Origin: Parcubacteria group bacterium | GTDB taxonomy: Bacteria; Patescibacteriota; Minisyncoccia; Moranbacterales; UBA9337 | Reading direction: 5' to 3' | DNA length: 64,000 nucleotides | Assembly (NCBI GenBank): GCA_041662245.1 | Contig: JBAZSW010000006.1 | Span: 10,442 to 74,441 of the forward strand | In this document: positions 48,641-58,222 of the stretch, piece after piece | Layout: the number at the start of each line of letters is the position of its first letter | How positions within the stretch are numbered: position 1 is the first letter of the stretch | The notes under the pieces: model-generated | The model's database searches: none | Seen by the model: only the letters and a program-made list of their open reading frames with translations | What the model was told of the DNA's origin: nothing | Translations under genes and position numbers: made by a program

Positions 48641-49183
48641 CTACTTTAATAATTCTTCAATCTGTTTTTCTAGCTCTTCCAACGTGCCGTTGTTATCTAA
48701 AATTACATCTGCCTGTTCTCTTAGTCCTGCAATAGTTAGCTCTGCCTCTCTTTGTGCATCAAATTTGAAATCTTTTAAAGTTTTATTTTTATCATCAGAG
48801 TTTTCCTCTCGCTTGACTATTCGCTCATATCGTTTTTCCAAGCTGACATCCACAAAAACTAATTTAAAATCAGGATTTTTTTTCAAAAACTCGATATCTT
48901 CCACCCTCCTGATACCATCAATAACGACAATTTTATTTTTATCTTCTTTTGTGTCCCCTGCCATCACCTTAGCTAGAATATTTTCCCCGTAAGTATTCCG
49001 AAGCATAGAAGACGCTTGTTGCAATGTCTCTCGAGAATGCTTTATATGCAATCTGTCTAAAATATCCCGAAGCATCGTCGAAAAACGATGATTTGAAGCT
49101 CCATATTTTTCAGTCAAATATTTCACAACTGTGCCTTTGCCGCTAGCTATTTCACCTACTAAACCTATTATTATTTTTTCCAT
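48641..49183 (-). CDS. P-loop nucleotide kinase-like protein (dephospho-CoA kinase-like), paralog 1
   Basis: Walker A 'GLVGEIASGKGTV', about 180 aa. Confidence 0.4.
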   Translation of the reverse strand: MEKIIIGLVGEIASGKGTVVKYLTEKYGASNHRFSTMLRDILDRLHIKHSRETLQQASSMLRNTYGENILAKVMAGDTKEDKNKIVVIDGIRRVEDIEFLKKNPDFKLVFVDVSLEKRYERIVKREENSDDKNKTLKDFKFDAQREAELTIAGLREQADVILDNNGTLEELEKQIEELLK

Positions 49184-49237
49184 AATATTATTATTTACAA
49201 AAAAGAAGCTCCTAAAAGCCTCTTTTCTTTTGTAATA

Positions 49238-49804
49238 TTATCTTTTTTTAATTTCTTCCATCACCTTATCCGCTTCAGCCAACAAGTGTGCTAAGTCTTT
49301 ATCATTTTCAATCACAAAATCCGCCTTGGCTCCCATCTCAGGAACATACTTTTCAGTTTCCATAGTTTGCTCTGTTTCTATGAATTTTTCAAAACTCATC
49401 GCATCATCACTTTTTTCTCCACGGTTAATCGTTCTTTCCCAACGAATTTTTTGGGGCACATCTATATAAAGAATGTAACTATCCGTATAAGATTTTACAA
49501 AATGAAAATCCTCCCAAAAACGCACTCCATTTACCATAATAATTCCTTCTCCGTTATCAATTCTTTTTCGAAGCGCGCGGCTCAAAATATCATCTCCAAA
49601 TCTATTTCTAAATTGTACCGCTAGCCAAGACTGGTCTTCTTTAGAAAATTTATCAAAATAAATCGCCAATGTTTCTTTTAAAGGGTCAGCAAAACGCATC
49701 TTTTGTACGCCATGCTTTTCTTCTAAGTAATTGGCCACTGTGTCCTTTCCTGATCCGGTTGCCCCCACAAGTCCAATTACAATTCTCTTTTTTTCCTTTG
49801 TCAT
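49238..49804 (-). CDS. P-loop nucleotide kinase-like protein, paralog 2
   Basis: Walker A 'GLVGATGSGKDTV'. Same architecture as the upstream paralog. Confidence 0.4.
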   Translation of the reverse strand: MTKEKKRIVIGLVGATGSGKDTVANYLEEKHGVQKMRFADPLKETLAIYFDKFSKEDQSWLAVQFRNRFGDDILSRALRKRIDNGEGIIMVNGVRFWEDFHFVKSYTDSYILYIDVPQKIRWERTINRGEKSDDAMSFEKFIETEQTMETEKYVPEMGAKADFVIENDKDLAHLLAEADKVMEEIKKR

Positions 49805-49979
49805 TTTGTTAAAGTTTTTTAAATCAATTAGATTCTTTAAAATAAAACACGCCTTAAACCATCCCCTGATTCAACAACATTATTAATTTTATAAAAAATA
49901 TCCAGATAAGTCAATGGCTCATAGATATCAAATAAAATATAAAAGAGTATTAAACTCAATCACCTACATAAAAAGTCTA

Positions 49980-50573
49980 CTATCTATAAGCAATTATATC
50001 GAATGTTTTTATAGCTGAATTGTAAGGAACATACTTACTTTTTTTATCTCCTTCAACAATATCAATATTTTTAAAACCACACGCCAACAATACAGCATTG
50101 ATATCTTCAATTTTATGAATATATTTATCAACTTGTATGTCTTTTCTTTCAAAAATTCCTCCTGACATATTATAGCTAGAAACAAATATCCCTCCCTCAT
50201 TCAAAGACTCAAATATTTGATCAATCATTTTATGTAATTCATTTTTATTAAGATATTGAAAAAGTCTTGTGGCAATCACTATATTATATTTATTTCCCTC
50301 AAAATAATCGGTAACTGATTTTTTTATAAAAGAAATATTTTCTTGAATCTCACCTTCTAGATGAGACATAAAATCAAGATCAGCAATATCAATCGCGTCA
50401 ACATGAAATCCTTTTTTGGCAAGATATATTGAATTCCTACCATTACCACATCCCAAATCAAGCACTTTCGATTTGATAGGGATATCCCCAGCTATCTTTT
50501 TGACAATTTTACTTGGATTTATCGTGTTAATTGAAAATTTTTTCTGCTGGTATGCTTTTTCCCATTTATGCAT
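49980..50573 (-). CDS. class I SAM-dependent methyltransferase
   Basis: Motif I 'VLDLGCGNGRNS'. Confidence 0.7.
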   Translation of the reverse strand: MHKWEKAYQQKKFSINTINPSKIVKKIAGDIPIKSKVLDLGCGNGRNSIYLAKKGFHVDAIDIADLDFMSHLEGEIQENISFIKKSVTDYFEGNKYNIVIATRLFQYLNKNELHKMIDQIFESLNEGGIFVSSYNMSGGIFERKDIQVDKYIHKIEDINAVLLACGFKNIDIVEGDKKSKYVPYNSAIKTFDIIAYR

Positions 50574-50625
50574 ATAAACTATTAATAATTATATTTGTAT
50601 ATTATTCATCAATTCAATTTTTTAA

Positions 50626-53600
50626 CTACAATTTTCCTCCCGAAATATCGAAAAATCTCTCAAAGAAACTTGTTAACCTATTCAAGACACTTTCTCGTTT
50701 TTGTGTTCGTTCACCACTTGGAGAGAATCGAGATACTGGTGGCAATACCTTTGTAATTGCAGTACCAGTTGTCGCAATATTTCCGTCCCGAAAAGCATTT
50801 TTTATAAACTTATATGTCGCTTCCCTATCAAGATTTTCGTTTTCAATAATTCTGTCTAATTCCTCAATTTTCCTTTCTTCAACAAATTTTTGCCAATCTT
50901 CATCTACAATTGAATGAACATCGAGTGAGGTGATAAACTGATTAATAAGATCTTTTTTATTACGAAGTTCAACACTGGAATCAATCGCTTTATTAATATC
51001 AACCAATAACTCTTTGTTTTTAGCATGATCCTCATGGTACTTTTTAATCAGCCCCAAAACAAAATCAATATTAATCTCAACTTGCTTAATAAGCTCCATT
51101 TCAAAAACCACATCATCATTAACGTTTTCTTTTTCCCCTTCTACGCCTTTGCGAAATTCATTATACAAATCAATATACATACTGTGATAATCCTGCACAT
51201 CACGCTCGGTTAAAATCTCATTGCCAATAAATTCGTCAAAAGTTGTCAAAATATTACGCACACGCAAAACCGCTCCATATAATTTGATAAAGTCTTTTTG
51301 ATCCTGTTCCCCCACAATCCTCTTTCCTGCAGGAAATTTCTCCAAAAGCTCCGCGATCAAACTTTTATACCCTCGCACTTCCTTATCATCACCTGCCTTG
51401 TCGGCAGACAGGTCCATGTAGCCGTTGTAATAATCCTCATAAGCCTTAAGGAGCACGATTCCGCAAGCTTCTTTATCTCCAAAAAGCGCGATAGATTCAT
51501 TGGTCGCTTTTTCTAAATTACGAAAACAAACAATATTTCCAAAAGTTTTTACACTATTCAAAATACGATTGGTTCTAGAAAATGCTTGAAGCAAACCATG
51601 CAAACGTAAATTTTTATCGACCCAAAGAGTGTTTAGAGTTGTCGCGTCAAATCCGGTCAAAAACATATTTACTACAATCAAAATATCTACTTCTCTTTTT
51701 TTAACTCTCTCACTAACATCTTTATAATAATTTTGAAATTTATCTGATGACGTGTCATAAGAAGTTCCAAACATTTTGTTGTAATCAATAATGGCACTTT
51801 CAAGAAAATCACGCGAGCTGATATCAAGTCCGCTGGTGTCCTCGGAATTTTCATCAATCATGCCATCCGAGTCTTCATCATTGACTCCGAAACTGAAAAT
51901 TGTTGCTACTTTTAATCTTTTATCACTTGGTTCATTAGCTAATTGTTTTTTAAACTCAAGATAATATTTTTTTGCCACGTCAATAGACGCAACGGCAAAA
52001 ATTGAGTTGAAGCCCGCTAGTCTCCTGTCCTTAATTTTATAAAAACTATTTCGCTTTGTTTTTTGATCAAAGTGCTCACGAATATACTTTACGATATTTT
52101 CCAGTCGCTCTGGCGCAGACAAAATGGCCTCGCGATCGATATCTCTCACTTTTTCATCTTTAATATTCTCGGCTTCATGAACTGTTGAAACATAGTCAAC
52201 TTTAAATGGCAAAACATTTTTATCCGCAATTGCATCCACAATTGTATAAGTGTGCAATTTTTCACCAAAAGCCTGCTCGGTAGTTTTGAAATCAACTCGC
52301 CCACCAGATGAAGAATTTAGGGCAAAAATAGGCGTCCCGGTAAAGCCGAATAAATGATAATTTTTAAAAGCTTTTACAATACTGGCATGCATATCTCCAA
52401 ATTGGCTGCGATGACATTCGTCAAAAATGATAACCATATGCCCATCAAATATTTCATGCTTGCTATTTTTCCCGATAAATTTATCCAGCTTCTGAATAGT
52501 TGTAACAATTATTCTTGAATTTGAATTTTCTAATTGTTTTTTTAAAATAGCGGTACTGGTATTACTATTGGCGGCGCCTTTTTCAAATTTGTCATATTCT
52601 AACATTGTTTGATAATCCAAATCTTTGCGATCAACCACAAATAATACTTTATCGACATATGGCAATTTGCTTGCCAATTGTGCCGTCTTAAAACTAGTTA
52701 AAGTTTTCCCCGATCCAGTGGTATGCCAAATATATCCGCCAGCTTCTAACGTTCCAAGTTTTTTGTAATTAGTACTGATTTCGATCTTGTTTAAAATTTT
52801 CTCAGTGGCGACAATTTGATAGGGTCGCATAGCCAGCAAAAGTCTATCTGTGGTAAAGACGCAATATTTTGTCAAAATATTTAAAATCGTATGCTTGGCA
52901 AAAAATGTCTTGGCAAAATCCATGAGATCAGTAATCGGTCGATTGGTCGCATCCGCCCACCAACTGGTAAATTCAAAACTATTGCTCGTTTTTTTACCTT
53001 TCTTAATCTTACCTTCAGTTGAATCTTTGATGTGCTGGAATCTGGTTGTATTGCTGTAATATTTTGTATGAGTTCCATTGGAAATAACAAACAATTGCAC
53101 ATATTCGAAAAGTCCGCTCGATGCCCAAAAGCTTTCTCGTTGATACCGATTAATTTGATTAAAAGCTTCAGCGATCGCAACACCACGGCGTTTCAGCTCA
53201 ATATGAACCAATGGCAGTCCGTTTACCAACACCGTCACATCATAACGATTAGCGCGCTGTCCTTCCTCAGTAGCATATTGATTAATAACTTGCAGACTAT
53301 TGTTGTGAATATTTTTCTTGTCGATGAGATCAATATTTTTAAAAGTCCCGTCATCTCGGTCTAATATTTTTGTGCTGTCTTCTTGAATAGTGGCTGTTTT
53401 TTCTTCGATGTTTTGATTGGGATTGGCAATAGTACTGACAAAAAACTTTTCCCATTCAGTATCTGAAAAAGTAAAATTGTTTAGTTTTTCTAGTTGCTGC
53501 CTTAAATTAAGCACCAATTCATCCTCAGAGGTGATGCGCAAATATTCATAAGCTTGAGTTTCCAATTGCTTGATAAAAGCGCGTTCAAGATCGGCTTCGC

Positions 53601-53694
53601 TTTGGTAATTTGCGTCACGCAAAAGATCGCCGTTTGGAATGTACAGACCAACCACGGTACTTTCAGGATTTTGCGCGACTAAATTATATTTCAT
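50626..53694 (-). CDS. hsdR: Type I restriction enzyme R subunit
   Basis: 1022 aa. Helicase motif I 'TGSGKT', motif II 'DECH', SF2 motifs. Confidence 0.9.
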   Translation of the reverse strand: MKYNLVAQNPESTVVGLYIPNGDLLRDANYQSEADLERAFIKQLETQAYEYLRITSEDELVLNLRQQLEKLNNFTFSDTEWEKFFVSTIANPNQNIEEKTATIQEDSTKILDRDDGTFKNIDLIDKKNIHNNSLQVINQYATEEGQRANRYDVTVLVNGLPLVHIELKRRGVAIAEAFNQINRYQRESFWASSGLFEYVQLFVISNGTHTKYYSNTTRFQHIKDSTEGKIKKGKKTSNSFEFTSWWADATNRPITDLMDFAKTFFAKHTILNILTKYCVFTTDRLLLAMRPYQIVATEKILNKIEISTNYKKLGTLEAGGYIWHTTGSGKTLTSFKTAQLASKLPYVDKVLFVVDRKDLDYQTMLEYDKFEKGAANSNTSTAILKKQLENSNSRIIVTTIQKLDKFIGKNSKHEIFDGHMVIIFDECHRSQFGDMHASIVKAFKNYHLFGFTGTPIFALNSSSGGRVDFKTTEQAFGEKLHTYTIVDAIADKNVLPFKVDYVSTVHEAENIKDEKVRDIDREAILSAPERLENIVKYIREHFDQKTKRNSFYKIKDRRLAGFNSIFAVASIDVAKKYYLEFKKQLANEPSDKRLKVATIFSFGVNDEDSDGMIDENSEDTSGLDISSRDFLESAIIDYNKMFGTSYDTSSDKFQNYYKDVSERVKKREVDILIVVNMFLTGFDATTLNTLWVDKNLRLHGLLQAFSRTNRILNSVKTFGNIVCFRNLEKATNESIALFGDKEACGIVLLKAYEDYYNGYMDLSADKAGDDKEVRGYKSLIAELLEKFPAGKRIVGEQDQKDFIKLYGAVLRVRNILTTFDEFIGNEILTERDVQDYHSMYIDLYNEFRKGVEGEKENVNDDVVFEMELIKQVEINIDFVLGLIKKYHEDHAKNKELLVDINKAIDSSVELRNKKDLINQFITSLDVHSIVDEDWQKFVEERKIEELDRIIENENLDREATYKFIKNAFRDGNIATTGTAITKVLPPVSRFSPSGERTQKRESVLNRLTSFFERFFDISGGKL

Positions 53695-53699
53695 ATTTT

Positions 53700-54545
53700 T
53701 TATTTCTTAGTTGGTTTATTTTTTTTCGAAAGTAACACTTTTCTAGCGTTTAAAGAGCTGATTACTTTTTTGCCTGTTTCAGCTTCTAATTTCATACGAG
53801 CCTCCTTGGCGATATTGCCTCCGCGCTGTGCGACAACTCCATGCTCTTGAAACGATTTTGGATTTGATACCTCTGATATTTCCTTGGTAGATAGTTCAGC
53901 TAACATATTCAAGATTAATTCCTTGTTGGTCATATTATCTCGAAGATTTTCTTTTTTTAAATCTTTAAACTTTTTATATTCTTTGGCTGTTTTTCCTGCC
54001 CAGGTTTTATAAATAATATCAGTAAGTGTTGCAAATTCCAAGCCTTCTTTTAGTCCGTATTTTTTCCATTCATCGGTGAGTTCTTTGCGAATCTCAATAC
54101 TTTTAAGTCTTTGATTGATCCAATTTTCTGAATATCCAAGATTTTTATAATCCCACATAGCTTGCTCAATAGAAAGTTCCGGATCTTGCATTTGATCAAG
54201 ACGTTTTTTAGCGACTTCCGCTAACCACAATTTAAAAGGTTCCGCTTTTTTGGAAGGGATTGATTGAATAATACGCAAAATCTGTTCAGTATCAACGACA
54301 TCGGTCAGTCTCATTTTTCCGTCAGGAGTTCTCAATTTCAACTGGTTAGTTATACTAACCACTTCACTTCCCTCCTCCTTTAACCTATTTTTAAGCCATT
54401 TCCAATAATTGCGTGTTTTTTTGTAGTCCGATTGATCGGTAAGAATGGCGATAATATCCAAAACGGAAAACCACCATTTTTCGGCGTGCTCATCCCAAAC
54501 CGTACGAACTTGTTTTTTTTCAAAAAGTTGGATAGCGTTTTTCAT
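53700..54545 (-). CDS. BRO-N domain protein (DinD/antirepressor-like) between hsdS and hsdR
   Basis: N-terminus 'IQLFEKKQVRTVWDEHAEKWWFSVLDIIAILT' fits the Bro-N pattern. 281 aa. Confidence 0.4.
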   Translation of the reverse strand: MKNAIQLFEKKQVRTVWDEHAEKWWFSVLDIIAILTDQSDYKKTRNYWKWLKNRLKEEGSEVVSITNQLKLRTPDGKMRLTDVVDTEQILRIIQSIPSKKAEPFKLWLAEVAKKRLDQMQDPELSIEQAMWDYKNLGYSENWINQRLKSIEIRKELTDEWKKYGLKEGLEFATLTDIIYKTWAGKTAKEYKKFKDLKKENLRDNMTNKELILNMLAELSTKEISEVSNPKSFQEHGVVAQRGGNIAKEARMKLEAETGKKVISSLNARKVLLSKKNKPTKK

Positions 54546-54631
54546 AAAAAATAAAGTTAATAATTAATTGAGGCGAATTCGCCATAATTAAACATTTTCT
54601 ACACGCATCAAATCCGATGGGTTTAAAGTGG

Positions 54632-55765
54632 TCAAATTCGACCACTTAACGGCTTAAATGTCAAAAGCTTCCCCCGGTAATATTCATATTGCGATCTTCG
54701 AGCTTTGAGCTCGGCAGGAAGACCGATTGAAATGTCGTTTACCAAAGCATCAAATTTATCAAGAATTGAAACGATGCGTTTTTGTTCTTCAAGAGAATAT
54801 TTTGGGATTGGAATTTTATTAAGATTTGCTTGATTAAGTTTTGGTTGAGCAGCCCCGCTAATGTATGGAGTTAAATCAATTGAATTCAAATAAAACTCAA
54901 TGAACCTTCGTTCCTCATAAGTTTCAAATTCTAACACATGGGCATGATTATTAATCCAGCTCTTCCCACTTACTGAAAAAGCAATTGGTGTAGATCTGGC
55001 TAGTAAATTAGCTCCGTCTTCAGAAACTAAAAGATAATCACCATCAAATATATAATCTTCAACATAATCGACTATTCCTGAAGCCCCATAATAAGGGATC
55101 TCTCCTTTTGTTCGCACCCCTCTTGTGACTGGCTTTCTTTTTGAATCAAGGTTTAGAGAAATTTTATCAAGAGTTGTAAACTCTAAGTCATCTGAATTTA
55201 AAAGTTTGTCTCTATAATACTCGTATTGCCTCTTTCTCGCTTCTAATTCTGCTTCTAATTCTGCTTCTAGCTCTGTAAAACTATTAAGAATTTTAACAAT
55301 TTCTTTTTGGATGGCAAGGGGCGGGATGGGGATTTTTATTTTTTTTAAAAAACTAAAATGCCTTGTGTATTTACCAGTTTTTAAATAAAAATTATTTAAA
55401 GCATAGTAAAAATATTTTATATCTAATACGCTTTGATTTGTTTTAAGAATCTTAATACCATCTGCACCTTGAGCAAAAGAAAAATCAATATATTTTATTG
55501 CTTCAGTATGGTCTCCAAATATAACGTATGAATCTTTAACAATGACTGCGGCATTATCATCAGTATAGCCAACAATGAAATCTTGCCCTTGATCTATAAT
55601 AGGAAATTCACCTGTTGTTTTGTAATATTTTTTTGTAAGCTTTTTAGGGGGAATGCAGGTTTTTACAACTTTATCTTCAAGTAAAATATCAATATCAAAA
55701 AACTTCACACCATTAGGGCATAGTTCAGCAATTAGTTTTTCGATTTTATTTTGTACCTCTAGCAT
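54632..55765 (-). CDS. hsdS: Type I restriction-modification specificity subunit
   Basis: Two target-recognition domains separated by conserved coiled-coil repeats ('ELEARKRQYEYYRDKLL', 'LKARRSQYEYYRGKLLTF'). Confidence 0.85.
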   Translation of the reverse strand: MLEVQNKIEKLIAELCPNGVKFFDIDILLEDKVVKTCIPPKKLTKKYYKTTGEFPIIDQGQDFIVGYTDDNAAVIVKDSYVIFGDHTEAIKYIDFSFAQGADGIKILKTNQSVLDIKYFYYALNNFYLKTGKYTRHFSFLKKIKIPIPPLAIQKEIVKILNSFTELEAELEAELEARKRQYEYYRDKLLNSDDLEFTTLDKISLNLDSKRKPVTRGVRTKGEIPYYGASGIVDYVEDYIFDGDYLLVSEDGANLLARSTPIAFSVSGKSWINNHAHVLEFETYEERRFIEFYLNSIDLTPYISGAAQPKLNQANLNKIPIPKYSLEEQKRIVSILDKFDALVNDISIGLPAELKARRSQYEYYRGKLLTFKPLSGRI

Positions 55766-55773
55766 AATAATAT

Positions 55774-56778
55774 TTATGTGACATCAAATAAAGATTTTTG
55801 ATTAATATTTTTTTCCTCTCTTTTCTTTGTATCTTTTTTTATAGCTAAATCTTTTTTATGTTGAACCAAATTATCATTATGAGAAACAACCTTCTTTACA
55901 TATAGATTAGGTTTCCCAAATTTTCCACTAGTATAATTATAATAAAGACTGATATCAAAAACTACTCCAATATTATCGCCACTTGTAAATGAAATCTCTT
56001 GGTCTAGAATTTGCTTTTTATACTCATCATCTTGCATATAAAAAAATACATTCTCTCCATCTTCTACTAGTAATTTTCCATCGTTATCAAGAATATCACC
56101 TCCATAATATATTCCTTTCCATGCCGCACCCCTTCCATATTGTTGTTGTTTATCAATAAACGGCTGCGATAATTGTATATGACCAGATAAATCCGTCCTT
56201 AAAAATTCTTTTTCCTTGGGAAAATCCTCTATATATAAAGCAAAATCACTTCTATAAATCTCTTTTTCAAAACTATTTTTATCTTCTTTAACAACTGTCT
56301 TTATGCTGGTGACATTACTATCTGAAATTACAGATTCATAAAATTTGTTTTTCTGTTTCTTGGGAAAATATGAATCACATATATCACTCACAGTCTGGAT
56401 TTTTTCATCATCTAAGCCAAGCTCTTTACATTTTTCTACGATCTCTAATATATTAAGATCAGAAGTTGTATTATTCAATCTTATTTGACTACCAAATAAT
56501 AATGCTGGGATCAAAACACCCACGACTGAAATAACCCCTTGGTTATTATTCAAAAATTTAATAATCTTCCAATCCCCATAGGATCCATCTTGTGGTGGCA
56601 AAGATAAAATCTCAAATTTTTCATTAGGATATAATGTCCTTATTACATAAGAAATTATTTTTACCTGAGCCAAGGAACATGCATTTTTTGTGTAAAAATT
56701 AATCGAATGAACATCATTATTAAAAAAATTATAATGCAATTTAATAACTATTTCATTTTTGGATAAATTAATTTTCAT
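55774..56778 (-). CDS. hypothetical protein, third gene of the cassette embedded in the Type I R-M operon
   Basis: 334 aa, no recognisable motif. Co-oriented with the upstream cassette genes and hsdM, and tightly packed against hsdS. Confidence 0.4.
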   Translation of the reverse strand: MKINLSKNEIVIKLHYNFFNNDVHSINFYTKNACSLAQVKIISYVIRTLYPNEKFEILSLPPQDGSYGDWKIIKFLNNNQGVISVVGVLIPALLFGSQIRLNNTTSDLNILEIVEKCKELGLDDEKIQTVSDICDSYFPKKQKNKFYESVISDSNVTSIKTVVKEDKNSFEKEIYRSDFALYIEDFPKEKEFLRTDLSGHIQLSQPFIDKQQQYGRGAAWKGIYYGGDILDNDGKLLVEDGENVFFYMQDDEYKKQILDQEISFTSGDNIGVVFDISLYYNYTSGKFGKPNLYVKKVVSHNDNLVQHKKDLAIKKDTKKREEKNINQKSLFDVT

Positions 56779-56788
56779 ATTATCATAA

Positions 56789-57676
56789 TTAATTTAACGG
56801 TTTTGAAGTAGCGTCTTTTTCAGGAATACTCATATCAACTTCGTCAGCAATGAAGTGATTGCATACATATCTGAGATATTCAAAAACTTCCTCTAGCTTT
56901 ATTATTCCGTTATCAATATAAATTTCAGGGATACTTACAATTAACTTATTGCAAATATTAAGCTTTTGAGAGGACTTTATGTAGCTATAAATTATTTTTT
57001 TCAAAATGTCTTTTTTCTGCTCTGGCGTTCTCCCGTGTCCTGCATTAATAATGGGAATAGTTACAACATCATTTCTACAAGAATCATTCGCAATATAATC
57101 CCATAAACTAATGAGTGACTTTTGCAAATCACCATCTTCAGATTTAACACGATTATTTTCTTGCTTACGAGTATTAACAAGCAAATAAAATAACTTATAA
57201 TTTTTCTCCACCTCAACAACTGTTCCTATTTCATGTTCAATATTAGTTTTGTGTGTTTTATTTATGTCTAAATCTAAGTGCTCAGATTTATTGTCGTAGT
57301 AATCCACAATTAGTCGATTTTGCAGACTACCCGCTTTTGCAACATTTCCATTTAAGGAAACATCCAAATAATTATTAAATGGGATAACTAAAGCACCTTT
57401 ATTATCAAAAGCATCTCCTACTTTTAATTCTACGAAATTATCTCTATCTTTTATCTTCTCTGTTCTTGAACTTACCGGTCTATTTAACCAAAATGAAAGG
57501 GTAGCAAAAATTGATAAAGAAAAAATGTAAACAAATGCATTTTTAAAATAAAAATCACTCTTATTATCTGTGAAATAGCTTGTTACTTCAACCAATAACC
57601 AAAAAACAGTTAACAGACTTATTAATGTTGTTCCAATTTCGTTTAACCTATTCTTTTTTAGCCATCTTTTTATCAT
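56789..57676 (-). CDS. 2TM + Macro-like domain protein (ThsA-like effector of type II Thoeris-like system)
   Basis: Two N-terminal TM helices, then 'GDAF...GALVIPFNNYL....GNVAKA' resembling the macro 'GDI..DAIVNAAN..L.GGGV.AI' motif. 'VTIPIINAGHGRTP' resembles macro 'IAFPAISTGIYGYP'. Start overlaps the upstream TIR-like gene by 4 bp. Confidence 0.5.
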   Translation of the reverse strand: MIKRWLKKNRLNEIGTTLISLLTVFWLLVEVTSYFTDNKSDFYFKNAFVYIFSLSIFATLSFWLNRPVSSRTEKIKDRDNFVELKVGDAFDNKGALVIPFNNYLDVSLNGNVAKAGSLQNRLIVDYYDNKSEHLDLDINKTHKTNIEHEIGTVVEVEKNYKLFYLLVNTRKQENNRVKSEDGDLQKSLISLWDYIANDSCRNDVVTIPIINAGHGRTPEQKKDILKKIIYSYIKSSQKLNICNKLIVSIPEIYIDNGIIKLEEVFEYLRYVCNHFIADEVDMSIPEKDATSKPLN

Positions 57677-58179
57677 ATTCCTAATTGATTATAGATTTCA
57701 TCTTTATAATAGTAGTCTGTTTTACTTCCTTGTTTTTTAAAATTTTCATGCAAATTGGGCCACTCGCTTATAGCTTTAGCTATAATTGCTTTATTAAAGC
57801 TCACGTGGAGAGATAATTCATTATTCAAAATTGAGGGGCAAAGATTTGAATCTTTGTATCTTAAATTATTTAAATTTACGACAATTATTGGTATTTCTCT
57901 GCTCGAAGCTTGCTCTATTTCCCAACGAACAAACTTATATAGAGACTTTGTGCTATTTCCGACTAATAAGATGAAAACTTTTGTGTTATTTAATCGTTCT
58001 CTAAGTTTTGATTTTATTGTTTCTTCGGAGGAGAAAGACATAAGATTATTTAAATCATGTGCATCAAAAAAATTGAAGGAAGATCCATCAGTTTTTTTCC
58101 ATGCCTGCATTAAGCGATAGTATCTAATATCATTGTCTGCATCAAATGCGACGTAAGTTTTATTTGTGTAAGTATTCAT
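57673..58179 (-). CDS. TIR-like (DUF1863-type) domain protein, ThsB-like
   Basis: 'KTYVAFDADNDIRYY' (cf. 'kvFiSYahkDd') and 'VFILLVGNSTKSLYKFVRWEIEQAS..EIPIIVVNL' (cf. 'vvlvllSpnyleSeWv..Ei..A...g..iiPv') match the DUF1863/TIR-like pattern. 168 aa. Confidence 0.55.
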   Translation of the reverse strand: MNTYTNKTYVAFDADNDIRYYRLMQAWKKTDGSSFNFFDAHDLNNLMSFSSEETIKSKLRERLNNTKVFILLVGNSTKSLYKFVRWEIEQASSREIPIIVVNLNNLRYKDSNLCPSILNNELSLHVSFNKAIIAKAISEWPNLHENFKKQGSKTDYYYKDEIYNQLGI

Positions 58180-58222
58180 ATATCTATTTTATTAATTCTT
58201 TTAATAAATTTGTGATTCTATT

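Noticed and set aside
50531-53364. Plus-strand ORFs within hsdR (50531-50917, 51025-51516, 52850-53364)
   Set aside because: Embedded antisense in the 1022-aa HsdR gene.
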